Part shown: positions 12,346 to 24,323 of the stretch, piece after piece
How the letters are laid out: every line of letters begins with the position of its first letter
Numbering within the stretch: position 1 is the stretch's first letter
Assembly: GCF_052425735.1 (NCBI RefSeq)
Contig: NC_135763.1
Span: 38,130,001-38,194,000, forward strand
From: Oculina patagonica
Lineage: Eukaryota
Length of the DNA stretch: 64,000 nt
Reading direction: 5' to 3'
Notes under the pieces: model-generated
The model's input: only the letters and a program-made list of their open reading frames with translations
What the model was told of the DNA's origin: nothing
Database searches by the model: none
Made by a program: the position numbers and the translations under genes

Positions 12346-14898
12346 CATCAGTTACGCAACGGTGATAATGTATACAGTATAATCTCAAGTATGCATTTCA
12401 ATTGGATGAAGATTTAAGCGTGATTTCAACAGGAAGTCTTTCGAAATATTGAGCTTTATTCTGGCTACAGTGCAAGGAAACTACAAAAACTGAAATAGAT
12501 CGCGCCTTGCTTCCTTCTGTGTTAATAACCGTTCTTTTTTCTAAGCTTACTTCCAAATAAACGATAAAATTTTACAAATTCCCTTAGACATGTCAATATA
12601 GATTGTTGTTCACGCAATAACAATACCCGAATAGCCGGAAGGCCTAAAATAACTTGGCTTTAGTCGCAGTGCAATATCTGAATAAAAATTCTAAAGTTTA
12701 CTTGTCCAACTAAACACAGCTACTCGTGGCATCGTATTTTGAATCATCTCTGGTCATTTTCTCGGTGACAAAGACATGTTTTGACCAAACAAGAACTAAG
12801 GCATTTAATCCCTTAGAGCGAAACTGATAAAGGGGGTTTACCCTAATTTTGACCCTTTGCTGAAACGGGGTTGAAACCGCAAGTTGACAAAAAGCAAGTT
12901 GTTTTCGACATTGATGCAGCTTTGCATACATATGTCTTCAAATTATCACGAAATTCAAAGCTGTCACCGAAGACTTCTAATATAGTGTGTTGCATATGTG
13001 TGTGCTGTGCATAACGTTAAGAAACCAAGACAAATGTACAATTGTAAAAAAAAAAAGATGCCATTACCGGACATTACAAAATATGTCAAAATATCTAACC
13101 GGGAGCATGTAATATGTATTACATCTTTTTATTGTTTAAATTATAGTTTTAACATTTATTTTCTACCATATGCAGTGATTTGACTTGTATAATGATTGCT
13201 TAAGTTTCAACAAAGAATATAAATATTCAAACAACTATCAGCTGCACTGTCATGCAAAACCAGATCTGTCTCAACAAGCTCAAGAACACAAAGTACAGAA
13301 CCCATGTAGAGTAAACAGGATGCACATTCTTCAAGTAACACAAACCCGGAAGGTACTAAGCAGTGTTCAACACTTTCATAAGCAATCCCTTATCTCTGCA
13401 AATCTCGAGACCATGGTCATAACAAAATTTTTAGGCTCGTTTCAAAGAGTTTCGTTCTCTTTAAGCTAAGCAATTCTTGCGCGCTGAACCGCTTTGGAAA
13501 TTTCCTTCCTTGTAACTGATGAGCTTCTTAATAAATATGTCAACTGATGAGTCATGGCTTTAAACTGAATATAATTAAGTGTAGTGATTTCAGAATATCA
13601 CTGAAGCTGCTTGAAAGTGAAACTAGACGGTAATCAGTAAGGGACACCGGATTGACGTCATTAAACTTAAGGGAGTTTATGTAAAAACATGCCCCTTCAA
13701 TGAATCATCAATATTTTCGGTACAAGTGATTCTTTCTGTAAAAGAAAGAAGCACTATTGTTTAAATTAAAGGTTTCAATTTAAGCACTTTTTCTTTCGAA
13801 GTGCAAATGAGCCATTAGAAGTATGAATGTTATTCAATTATAATGATCTTTAGGGTGGGGGTTTGCCCCATCGTTTGACTGAGAGGCATTTTTTCCTTGT
13901 GCTCTTGAGAAAGGATATCTGAAGAAAGATCGACGCAATGTCTGTTATTTTCTGTGTTTTATTCAGAGCGACAAGTTACTACTGAGTTTACCCATTCGGT
14001 GTTCCTTGTGGGAATCGGCAAAAAGAAAATTACAAACTATTACAAACTTTATGTAGCGGTATTTCTCCGTAGCTTGAGTCTTCAGGACTCCCTTGCTATA
14101 GATAAGGCTCAACGTCACGTTTTATCACAGTCATGCTAGCGACTAAATGTTTTTTGAGAAACTTTTTAGGGGAATTTTATACAGCTTTCGAAACTTAAAA
14201 AAAAAGTTGCTGACGAAGTGACAAGAGACGAACCATAGCTAACCATCGCAAATTTGATGAGCAATATGACGCAATCATAAGCATAACAGATACGTGTAAC
14301 CCGGAATGATCAGTACAAGCCAAGCGAAGAAAAGAAAAGGAGATCTTTCCTTTTTATTGTGCCTGCACTTAAGCGTTGAAAACGGTATCCAGAAGTCAAG
14401 CCTCTCGGGGGCTTTGAAAGCGTATAAAAACGCCTCCAGCTAAAGCCAGCAATAGATCAAATATTGTAAGATACTGCACCCGAGTATGTTATGCTTACGA
14501 CATGCATATAAACCATCTCTCAATTGCAAACCGACTGTTGCACGATTACGAGTATTTAAGTATTTCACAAGCCTCTTGCTGACTTGGCAACAAGAGGTAT
14601 TCCTGTGATAATTTCAGAGGCAGGTAGCTCCTGAATGAGGCCGGGTACAAAGAAATCTTTTAATTTAATTTTAAGTACCCGGAACAATTCCCTGTTCCTT
14701 TACTTCCTTAACTTACATATTCTTATCAAACAGCCTATGTGTAGACGAACTCTCTTCCTTTCCTTGTCTTTTTTTCGTTGACATAGTGTTGTTAAAAAAT
14801 ACAAATTGTGTATACGCAAGTCACATATCAATGAATTCTTCCAGTCCCAGACCTTACTTAACCGGTGCACCGCATTTCACTGTTGACTGGCCAACTCT

Positions 14899-15276
14899 TT
14901 ATTCATTTAGCTCAAGTTCAAATCCTTCGTTACTTTCTTCCTTATGATGCCCCTCTGTCTTAGCACCTTCCCCTGAGCGTTCTCCTGTATTTACAAACTG
15001 TGTTGGTAAAGGAGGATGTGGGTTGCGATGCAGCACTGTGATCGTCTCACCAGCCACCGGTTCCGCTCGGAGAGGCAACAGTTCTCTCAGCGGTAGAAAC
15101 TCGGTGCTGTTACGGTTACAAGAATCGTTTACCATTTGACAAAGATGTTGGATTTTCTTTTGAACTCGTCTCTGGTGTATAAGAAGATAAATCACTGCAA
15201 TGCAAAGTAGCACTTGGCATACGCACCCCACCACCGACACGGCTAAAACGACGTACGTGAGATCCTGCAGCTCCAT
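14899..15276 (-). CDS. TM-adaptor-like paralog 4: 125 aa, tyrosine-free tail
   Basis: Likely start MELQD after the acceptor at 15294-15296. TM ...VLLCIAVIYLL matches paralog 3 VLLCIVIIYL. Tail contains QFVN. The leader AACCTTCAAT...ATGGAG is shared with paralogs 1 and 2. Confidence 0.75.
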   Translation of the reverse strand: MELQDLTYVVLAVSVVGCVCQVLLCIAVIYLLIHQRRVQKKIQHLCQMVNDSCNRNSTEFLPLRELLPLRAEPVAGETITVLHRNPHPPLPTQFVNTGERSGEGAKTEGHHKEESNEGFELELNE

Positions 15277-15518
15277 GAATAAAATTGAAGGTTCTGAAAA
15301 TGGAACAAGGGTACGTAGCATGTAATTTTATTAACGATGGATTAAAAACGATTAATGTGACCGACCTGACACTCAAGAAATGAAATACGGTCACCAACTG
15401 ACCAAGTATCAAGGCTTGAAGCGTTTTTTAAAACCGTTACAGCCGGAGGCCAAGGCAATAAATCATATTTGGCGCTGATTCCTTCAAGGGACATCATACA
15501 GCCAAACTGATTAAACAA

Positions 15519-15893
15519 TGCAAGTCATGAGCAAAAACGAAATATATAGCTGAAGTTTTACTTGCTAATATTTTACATGTAACGATTACTTGCTTAGCTG
15601 TAACCGACCTATCGTTTGCCAAGTTTAAAAGAACCCTATACGGTATTCAAAGAAGAAATCATTAACGTAACACGCCATTGTTAAATTAACATAGTCTAGA
15701 TAATACTGCAAGTCATAGGCAAAAACGAAATATGTAGTTGCGGTTTTACTAGCTATCATTTTGAATGTTATGATTACTTAATTAGCTGTAAACGTTCTAT
15801 CGTTTGCCAAGTTTAAAAGAACGCTTTATCTAAATTAGAAATCCTTGACGTAACACGCCGTTGCATTGTTACGTTTACACAGTCTAGATAATA
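15519..15893. repeat. Two-copy diverged tandem repeat (~190 bp unit) in the intron of paralog 4
   Basis: tgcaagtcat...ctatcgtttgccaagtttaaaagaac...agtctagataata occurs twice head-to-tail. Confidence 0.85.
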
Positions 15894-16521
15894 CAGATAC
15901 CTACTTACTATATTGCTTCAGCTTCTTCGGTATTGGTTAAACGACCAAGAAAGGTTCAGGAAATTTACATTGGTCCTTTTAACTTTCACCATGTCTTACA
16001 TTACATTCGGAGACCTCCATAAACCAAACTGAACTTGAGGTGTATTAATGTTCCCATCATAAGAAACAATTGCCTCCAGTGGCGACTGACGGCTTTTATG
16101 TTGTACCGCAGATAGAATTATTTACCTTGTGATTACTCATGCGTTTGAATTAAAAAACAGACTCTTGATCGATGTAATTAGCTTCCATTATTATTCTATT
16201 ATTCCAAACATCATCTATGTGTATTCACGTGATAAGTGTCACAGCGTTGAATCAGCCTTTTCAGTGATCTGGTTGACAGCCTTCAAAGTAATTGTCAGTG
16301 CAGTCTACAACAGCGGAAGCATAGTTGGCCGTAAATATCAAAACCTTTCTAACAGTTCATTGATATTAAAAACATACTTATCTAAGAAAAAGTTTTGCAC
16401 GAGGGTAATTTAAAAAACTAGTAACCTGTTTGGTCCTGTTTACATTAATTTTATGATGAGCAAACTGGAAAACCTTCTGATAATAAGCCAAAATGTACAA
16501 ATGAAAGGTTGCAAGAACATA

Positions 16522-16681
16522 CAGTTGAATTTTGATAACTCGAACCTTCAAGGGAAATCTAAAAAGATTCGAATTATCGGGGGTACGAGTTGGCGAGAGT
16601 AAAATTAGTAAGAAAATGACCTAAAGGGGCATCGAAAAAGGTTCGAGGTAGCGGGAGGTTCGATTTATCGGGATTCAACTG
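16522..16681. mobile_element. Tc1/mariner-type MITE
   Basis: TA|CAGTTGAAT ... ATTCAACTG|TA termini. Confidence 0.7.
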
Positions 16682-17388
16682 TAAATTATCTCGGTCTCTT
16701 CTCTTTCATTAAAGATTCTGTTGATTATAATTCTGTAGTTGGGGTCAATAAGCGCTCGATATTACCTTCGCTTCGGGCCTTATAGCACTGGGGTGCTCCT
16801 TATAGTGGACTATACGGGGAAGCTCCGCTGGAAAGGGGTTCCTTTTTCAACGGGAGATATATAAAGTGGTAGGCGTATCACGAGCTCTAGATAAGGATAG
16901 GGAAAACTGTCATTTAAGTATTTATGGGCCAAAACATCTTAAACAGACCCACCGAGTGGTCAGGATTCACCTTAGTATTTTAACGGTTATTCGAATAAGA
17001 AGTTTAGAAAAGGGATACGGTATCCTTACTGTAGAAAGGGGTACCATTTTCTTCCGTCCGTTTCTGTTAAAATGGTATGTAAAAGGATAAGGGGATGGAT
17101 CTTGGAGGGGAGACTCCCCGTATAAAATATTTTAGAACACCCCCCTCCTCCTTCAGGCCTTATCGTCTTCTTATTAGCTATCATATATGTTTCTTGTTGT
17201 AACGTGTTTATAGAGTCGGTTTTCGTAATCCGTTTGTATTGAAATTAACCTTGATGGGCAACTCCTGTTTACTAACGGCAAGCGTTCCCGATACCGCTCA
17301 CCAAAAAAGCCGTTAAAATTGACCTTGCTTCTAACGTTTTCCAATAAAATAAAAAATGTTCAAATTTAGATGCGATTGTTTTCTAGAA

Positions 17389-19344
17389 CTAAACATCAAT
17401 TATGTCATTACTATAGATCGCAAATTCGTTTTGACTTTCAAGTGCGGGATTGCCATTGCACGTAGCTGTTCCATGTCGAACGTTTATGTTGGCATATATA
17501 GGACAATTGTCAGAATATTCATCGCCAACGTTTTGAGCATTCTCCTGGTTGGCGTAAAACGCTTCTGGCTGCGCAGTAGCAGGTATTTCGCAGTATAAAT
17601 CATCATTGTCGCCATCAACGTTAGCGTAAATCTGCTCGGTGTTTTGATGTCCTTTGTCTACTACATCTCTTGTATTGGCGTGGTACTCCTCAACAGCGCA
17701 CTTTCCTTGAACTTTGTTTTCCTGTACAGCTGTTTCAAATCCAGCAGCGGATTTGTTGTCGCTGTCAGCATACTGTGCCGAGTCGCCTGTCCTCTTCTGA
17801 AGGAGGCTTCGGAGTTGTAAAACAATGCTAGAGGGCCTTTCTGTCACCTCTTGGGTAGTAGCATAGTCATACATGTACTGGTCTTGCTTCCCATCGCTTG
17901 GTTTCATTTTACCATTGCCTTCTAAAACACGTTCAACTTGATAATCAGGGGTCCTTGGAACGTTGGTGCGCGCTATATTAGCAAGCTGGTCCACTTGGTT
18001 GACAACTTCGTACTCGCTGTCATTTTGATCTTCATTCTTTGAGACTCCATTACTCTTCAAGTGTTCCCCTGAGCGTTCCTGAGTTTGCGTAAAGTCAGGA
18101 CCACCGTTAGGTCTGTTCTTCTCCAGCTGTTCTACGTGCTTGGTGATTACGTATCCATTTTTATCTACAGCTACATTATCCAGGGACGACATGCGTTCTT
18201 CGGTCTTCTTCGTCTCGTCGGCTTGTGTCCAACCAGTGCTTCTCTTCTTCTTGGTTCGTCGTTTCGCTTTTGGTCGCATTTCATTAGGGGTAACTTTTCC
18301 AGTCTCGTCGCCATTACGAGTTATCCCTTTCTCGGGGCCCTCTGATAAGATGGGTGATTCTTCAAAATTGAAAACCGCAGCAAAGTCACGTTCATTCTTA
18401 TTCGGTAGCATTTCACCATCCACGATTCCACTATTTGCAATAGCTTTGTTTTTCTCCGCTTCTTGGGACTCTTGTTTATTATTTCGTTGCTCGTCACTCT
18501 GGCTTTTCATCAAATTAGGTTGCCCTTTGTAGAAGGCAGCTTTTTGTTCCCTGTTCCCCTCAATCAAAACTACGCATTCAGGTTTGCCCGCGTCTGATCC
18601 CTTTTCAGCTTCTGAGATGTCTTTCTCCTTTGAACGGATTTGCACTGTATTTGTTTTATTTTTGCTGGAGATGTTTTCATTCTCGTCAGGACCCAAATCA
18701 CCCTTGTCATCTAAAGGCATCGTTTCAAGCTCCGTTTGGGTGGCATCTTCAAGGCGTTCCGTGTTGTTATCAACATCACCATCGGCACTGCTTACACTAA
18801 TGTAAATTCTTCTCTGGTCATGTTTTGTATCCTTTACAGGGCGATCACTCGAAGAGATTGCCACAATCGTTGAGTTACTATCAACTATTTGCAGGTATGA
18901 TGTGACTGGGACATCGGGAACGGGAGTTGGTTCTTCTTGCGTCTTTGCATCATCAACTGATGCTTTACCCTCTACTGGCGACATGGAAGCAGTTTCTTCC
19001 GAACTCGGGTGAGGTGCGACTACATCCGAACGGACTGATGCATAAGCAAAAGCTCTATGCATGTGTTTCCAGGAATTCACAATGTCTGAATCTGCAGCTT
19101 GCTGATTGTAAAATACCAAAGGAAGTGGCGAGGAAGGGCTTTCCACTTCTGGTTGATTTTCTTTGGTCACTGGTGTTTCTTCGCAGGAGACCAATCTGCA
19201 ATAAACGCTCCGTCTCTTGGATATGCTGTCTACTCGATGATGGATTTTTCCAAGCCAGAAAATGAGAAACAAAACGATTATCCATAGCAGTGATGACAAA
19301 CAAAGAAGAACCAGGGCAATTTTAGAGACAAAACCTTCATCCAT
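17389..19344 (-). CDS. TM-adaptor-like paralog 5: 651 aa, long acidic disordered tail with many Tyr motifs
   Basis: Uninterrupted 1956-nt ORF. TM IALVLLCLSSLLWIIVLFLIFWL. Motifs TSYLQI, SEYEVV, YDY, QIYAN, FYAN, PIYAN, AIYSN. Acceptor at 19379-19381. Confidence 0.92.
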   Translation of the reverse strand: MDEGFVSKIALVLLCLSSLLWIIVLFLIFWLGKIHHRVDSISKRRSVYCRLVSCEETPVTKENQPEVESPSSPLPLVFYNQQAADSDIVNSWKHMHRAFAYASVRSDVVAPHPSSEETASMSPVEGKASVDDAKTQEEPTPVPDVPVTSYLQIVDSNSTIVAISSSDRPVKDTKHDQRRIYISVSSADGDVDNNTERLEDATQTELETMPLDDKGDLGPDENENISSKNKTNTVQIRSKEKDISEAEKGSDAGKPECVVLIEGNREQKAAFYKGQPNLMKSQSDEQRNNKQESQEAEKNKAIANSGIVDGEMLPNKNERDFAAVFNFEESPILSEGPEKGITRNGDETGKVTPNEMRPKAKRRTKKKRSTGWTQADETKKTEERMSSLDNVAVDKNGYVITKHVEQLEKNRPNGGPDFTQTQERSGEHLKSNGVSKNEDQNDSEYEVVNQVDQLANIARTNVPRTPDYQVERVLEGNGKMKPSDGKQDQYMYDYATTQEVTERPSSIVLQLRSLLQKRTGDSAQYADSDNKSAAGFETAVQENKVQGKCAVEEYHANTRDVVDKGHQNTEQIYANVDGDNDDLYCEIPATAQPEAFYANQENAQNVGDEYSDNCPIYANINVRHGTATCNGNPALESQNEFAIYSNDIIDV

Positions 19345-22300
19345 CGAGATTCCAGGAGCCCTTTCCAGAAACGTGAGGCTAAAGACACAAAAAATATTGG
19401 TTAGAAGACCAAACGAGATCGATCTTTACTAGCGCGTGTTGCGCTACTTTATACTTATTTTGAGCCAATACACGAACCATAAACTATAACGTGGACTCAT
19501 GTTGGCAAGTGAGAATTTCCCATCCTTATAATCAATGGGAAATTGGTATAACCAGCAAAAGGAAAGTTCAGTGTCACGATATTTTCTCGCGTCAGAAGGC
19601 GTGACTCTTCTGTTGAAAACTGCAGGCTGAAACGATTTCCGAACAAAAAGGTGTTTTATGTTCTCTTCCGCATGTCCAAGAACCCAAGCCTCCTATGCTG
19701 GCTTTCTTTGGTCTCGTCGAGCCTAACGAGAGTCTGCATTGAAGGCCATAGAACAGTGTCTTTATTTTTGCACTTGTACATTGTTGAAATTTTTTGCCTG
19801 ACCCCAGTTCTTGCACTACATCGAAAGAAAATGCTATTATAATTTATCACTTCCAGCTTTTTAGCCGTCCTAGTCACCTGCCTAGTTTCTCCGTTATTTT
19901 TTGGTTTTTATTATTCATATAAAAGTATCTTTTCTTCGTCATTAGTCAAGAATGTAATAAGTGTCTTTTCTGTGCTATTCTTCTCACCGCATACAGACTT
20001 AAAGACTTTGAATGTTTGACCCCAACTGATTAGAAGAGCCTTAGCCTTGCGTGTATTCTTCCGCCAGCATAAATACGGGATTTGCATGGTCTTGACGAAA
20101 AGGTTAAGCGTTTTAAAAGCATTCTTCTGACAGATATTTGTTGGAGTAAAGTTGCACAAACCACGCAATAGAAACGCGAAAGGACGAGGAATAGAAATTC
20201 GTTTAACAGACATCTTTATCAGTTACATCATCAAACAAAAATGTAAAATCATAGGCCCAAGTACTGAGGAAGTCCTGTGAACCGGCTTTAGGATAGGATT
20301 TCACTATTTCGGGAAATTACTTGAAATAAATTAAACTTCAATGTAGTAAAGTTGACACACAACTCCAAAAGGTTTACAAATAGTCTTACTGCACTGTTAC
20401 AATTTCTTAATACATCAAAATGGAAGGCCCAAATTGTTCAAGGGAAGAATAACACTAACGGATGAATAACACTATCCAGTCGATAGTGCATATGTTTTCG
20501 TAAACACAGCTTATCCAATGGATAGCGATTTATCCAGTGGATGGTATTATGCACCCTTTGAGGAACCGGAGCCACATGGATTAATTATCAAGAAATGCGC
20601 CAGGACAGGCATTGCACCCATTGTGTGTACAGATCATTTTTTAACACTTTTGAAGTGAACATGGGCCACCAAATCGTCATTTCTCTAGAACGGTACTGTC
20701 ATTGTTATACAGTAAAATCCCGATTTCTCGAAGTTGTATTTTCACATTTCCCGATATCTCTAAGCGAATTTTTTTTATTTGGGAGTTTGGACCAAGCGAA
20801 CAAGCAACTCTACCCGACCAGGACCCCACTTAACGGACTTCCCATTTATCGAAAAACTTTTCGTTTCCTTTAAATGTTCGAGAGATTGAAATACCACTGC
20901 ATTTCTCGGCAAATGATTGTGATATGACAATAGCAAATCTAAGCTGTCGGATTTGTTATTTATCAGCAGGATGAATCAACAGACAAATCAAGTTACGTTT
21001 CGTCCACAGGCCTGTACTGATGTGTGAGTATGGAAGCGAGAAGTACACAGTGTGCTGACAGTAGCTTGAGATGCCTACCTTTTCCACTTGCTTTAATGAA
21101 TGAATGAATATAACGTGAATATAACGCCGTATCAACCAAATCGTGTCCTCGTTGCTCTGCTAAATAGTATGGAAGGTTAAAAATAAGGGATTAAAATTTA
21201 CTGCGTAATTGGAACACGGAACTTTAAGCTTGCGGTTCACAGGGTCAACTGGCATTGCATAACAGTAGCCAGTTGCATTGTGTAATCAATATTGCGGGAT
21301 TCTTACTAAGACATTGCTTACATATTTGGTACAAAATCAACTAAGATAACCATGTAACGTACGGTTGTAACAACAGATGCTGTCGCCTGCAGTCCACCAG
21401 TAAAGCGAGTGGTGGAGTGGTGGGCTGCTGGCGAGCACTCAGATTCTGGTAAACCTGGATTCCAGATATTCAATTTAAGGGAAACGACGAAGAAAGTAAT
21501 GGGACCGATTACGCCTTTCAATGCTTAAAAACAAGGAAGGGGAAAACGTTTTGCTCTTTCGAGCGGCCTAGTTGCACTTTTTCAACAAATAGATCCGTAA
21601 TTGCATGGTAGTATTCCATATTGGCTAGTCTTAAATGACCTTGCATGTGCGCCTGGCATGTAAGATGCAACCCCGGCCCTTTGGAGAAGAAACCGCGTTT
21701 TTCTCGTGGCTGAGCTGTTTCTGCTTGTAGTTTGACGTTTTTGTGTAAAGTGGGTATTTTTTCTTCCATTTTATGGATGCATGGAGAAACGTGTTCTCGT
21801 CCCGGTTCTTGTCTGTTAAATTGACAATAGTTGCTAAACAAACAAGTTGGATAGCTGCGTATCTGGGTTAGTTGAAGCCATAAAATATCTCTTATTTTAT
21901 TAACTGATCTCAAATTTTAATTACAATTCTGAGGTTAACTTTAATTTTATTTAACTAAATATATATTATATATACAAATCTGTGATCAATGTTTATAGTT
22001 CATGTAAGATATAGTTTTTTTATTATTTTATTGGATCTTTCTTGGCTTAAAGTCCTTTGCAGAATCTTAAGCTTCAGATGTATATATGATTGTTCGTACA
22101 TTCCTTTATATTCTTGGCAGTTTCCCACAGTTATTTTTCCAGTACATACAATATTTGTCATGCCGGTTTCGAAATTTGTGGCGGTATAAGTACTAACAAA
22201 ATGGCCATGTTGCATGTTGTCTTCTTAAGTTAGGTGGCTTTAAAAATCGCTTACACTTTCATGAATGTAAAATTCTGAACGCATTAAAACTCGTTTTGGA

Positions 22301-22667
22301 TACTCGGGCAAAACGAAACTTTTTTATATATATTTATATGTTCGACCTATATATGAAGTGTTCAAGACGCGAATATTAAAATATACCAGGTGAGTGCCTC
22401 TTGTTCAATTGGACGATGACCAATTTTGACCTTTTCAAACGCTCAGTTGCCAGCTATATTGGCAATTTATATACAACTTTAGAGTCCATTATTTACAAAC
22501 GGGTTTATGAAAGATCAGTGCTTCTCGCCTTAGATCATCTAAGGCGAGAAGCATGATATTATGTACTGGCAGCATATGATTCTTGACGGCTAAAATTATT
22601 AAAAAATCTTTTGGAAAACCAACTGTTTTTGGCTAAATTGGAATGCTTTTAGACCCTTTTAACTGCA

Positions 22668-24323
22668 CTAAACATTCATCATATTGTTGTTGTCGTAAAT
22701 CGGACTTTCGCTGTAAACGAAAGGATTGTCGTTACACATAGAAGATTCCTGTTGAACTTCTCTATTGGCATAAATTGGGACATCATCGGGATAATCAACA
22801 CTGGCACCAACATTTGCGACAATCTCCTGGTTGACATAAATCACTTCTGATTGAGTCTCAGCGTTGTCATTACTATTGTTGTCATTGATATTAGCGTAAA
22901 TCTGGTCAGTGGTGTTTTTCCTCTCTGTTGTTAACTGGGAATCCTTGCTGTCAGTGTCTTTCGCCTCATTCGCTCTTTCGTGGATTACAGTGAGATTGTC
23001 ATGGCAACCTTCAGTGGAGGACTCGGCGCCAGGCTCAGCTCTACCAGTGACGTAGTTTGTCTGCAGCTTAGCAGCATCACTAACAGGTGATCTGGACCAG
23101 TCTTTCACCTCTCGGGCTGTGATGTAGTCGTAGCTGTTTTCATCTTCATAACTTGGATCAACTGGCCCACCGCTTTCTGAATTACCTCCAGCCTGGGACC
23201 TGTACACTGGAGTATCGTTGTTAGCAGCTGCGTCTTCCACGTGTTGTACAATGAGATATCCATAGCCATCTTCATCGGCACTCTTTGAGATTCCATTACG
23301 TTTCATCTTTTCACCAGGATGAGTTTGTTGGAAATCAGAAACAACGTGCGCGTTATGTCCAAACGTTGTTAATGTGCCAACTTGCTGACTAGAAAGGTAG
23401 CCGTATTTGTCTTCTTCTAGATTATCCAGGGGTGATACATGGCCATCTTTATTGTATACACCATCTGCCTTGACCCTTCCATCGGAGTGCGTCTCAGCTC
23501 TCTTCTCCTCGTTGTGAAGCCGTTTCTCTTCCGACTCAGTTTTAATGGGAATAAGGTATAAGGACTCGTCTTCATGAGGAGGAATCTCATTCTCAGTTGA
23601 TATGTCAGAATGGATAACCACGAGGTATCCGTGGTCATCTTTATTTGTCCTGTCTTTTTGCCCCTCTTGGGAAGACTTTTCTCTTTGGCGCCTGTCACCC
23701 TTCATTTCAGTCACATCTCCGTCAACAGAGGACTCTCCTTGACAAAACTGCACTTGTGATGAGTCAACACAGGGTTGTGCGTAGGTGTTATCTTTGGCGC
23801 TCTTTAAACTCATGTACGTCTTCCTCAGTTTGCCATTTGTGACATGTCTTTCAGGGTGATCACAAGAGGACTGTTGTGTTGTTGAGCTGTCATCGACGTT
23901 TTGAAGGTATGCTGCATCCTCTATGTCACTGGATGTTGTTTTCTCTTGTGTTTTTGAGCCATGATCTGATTTTCCATCCTCTCCTTGTGCCACAGAACTG
24001 ACAAATGAGGTTTCTTGTAAATCTGAACGCGGTTCATCTCCATCGAAACCCAGCGGTCCATACGCAGCAGCACCAGTAAAATGATTCCAGGAATTTATTT
24101 TGTTTAAATCTGAAGGCGCTTCCTTGTTGGAGATGACCAGAGGGAGTGAGCAGGTGTTCTTGGATACGTTATCAACTCGATGTTTTATTTTTCTCAGCCA
24201 AAAAATGAGAAACAAAATCAACAGCAATAAGGAAGAAAAGAAACATAAAAGAACCACTGAGGCTTGGAAGACAAAATCTTCATCAATGGAAATTCCAAAA
24301 GGGTTCTCCACACAGGACTTCAT
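22668..24323 (-). CDS. TM-adaptor-like paralog 6: 551 aa, paralog of 17389..19344
   Basis: Start MKSC lies 1 nt after the acceptor ctttag (24325-24327); the ORF-track extension to 24428 is intronic. TM VVLLCFFSSLLLLILFLIFWL. Collinear Tyr motifs QIYAN, VIYVN, PIYAN, PIYDN and YDY. Confidence 0.92.
   Translation of the reverse strand: MKSCVENPFGISIDEDFVFQASVVLLCFFSSLLLLILFLIFWLRKIKHRVDNVSKNTCSLPLVISNKEAPSDLNKINSWNHFTGAAAYGPLGFDGDEPRSDLQETSFVSSVAQGEDGKSDHGSKTQEKTTSSDIEDAAYLQNVDDSSTTQQSSCDHPERHVTNGKLRKTYMSLKSAKDNTYAQPCVDSSQVQFCQGESSVDGDVTEMKGDRRQREKSSQEGQKDRTNKDDHGYLVVIHSDISTENEIPPHEDESLYLIPIKTESEEKRLHNEEKRAETHSDGRVKADGVYNKDGHVSPLDNLEEDKYGYLSSQQVGTLTTFGHNAHVVSDFQQTHPGEKMKRNGISKSADEDGYGYLIVQHVEDAAANNDTPVYRSQAGGNSESGGPVDPSYEDENSYDYITAREVKDWSRSPVSDAAKLQTNYVTGRAEPGAESSTEGCHDNLTVIHERANEAKDTDSKDSQLTTERKNTTDQIYANINDNNSNDNAETQSEVIYVNQEIVANVGASVDYPDDVPIYANREVQQESSMCNDNPFVYSESPIYDNNNMMNV

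Noticed and set aside
579-19303. Plus-strand and alternative-frame ORFs overlapping the TM genes (e.g. 635..949, 5483..5797, 18140..18532)
   Set aside because: Shadows of the real coding frames with no independent support.
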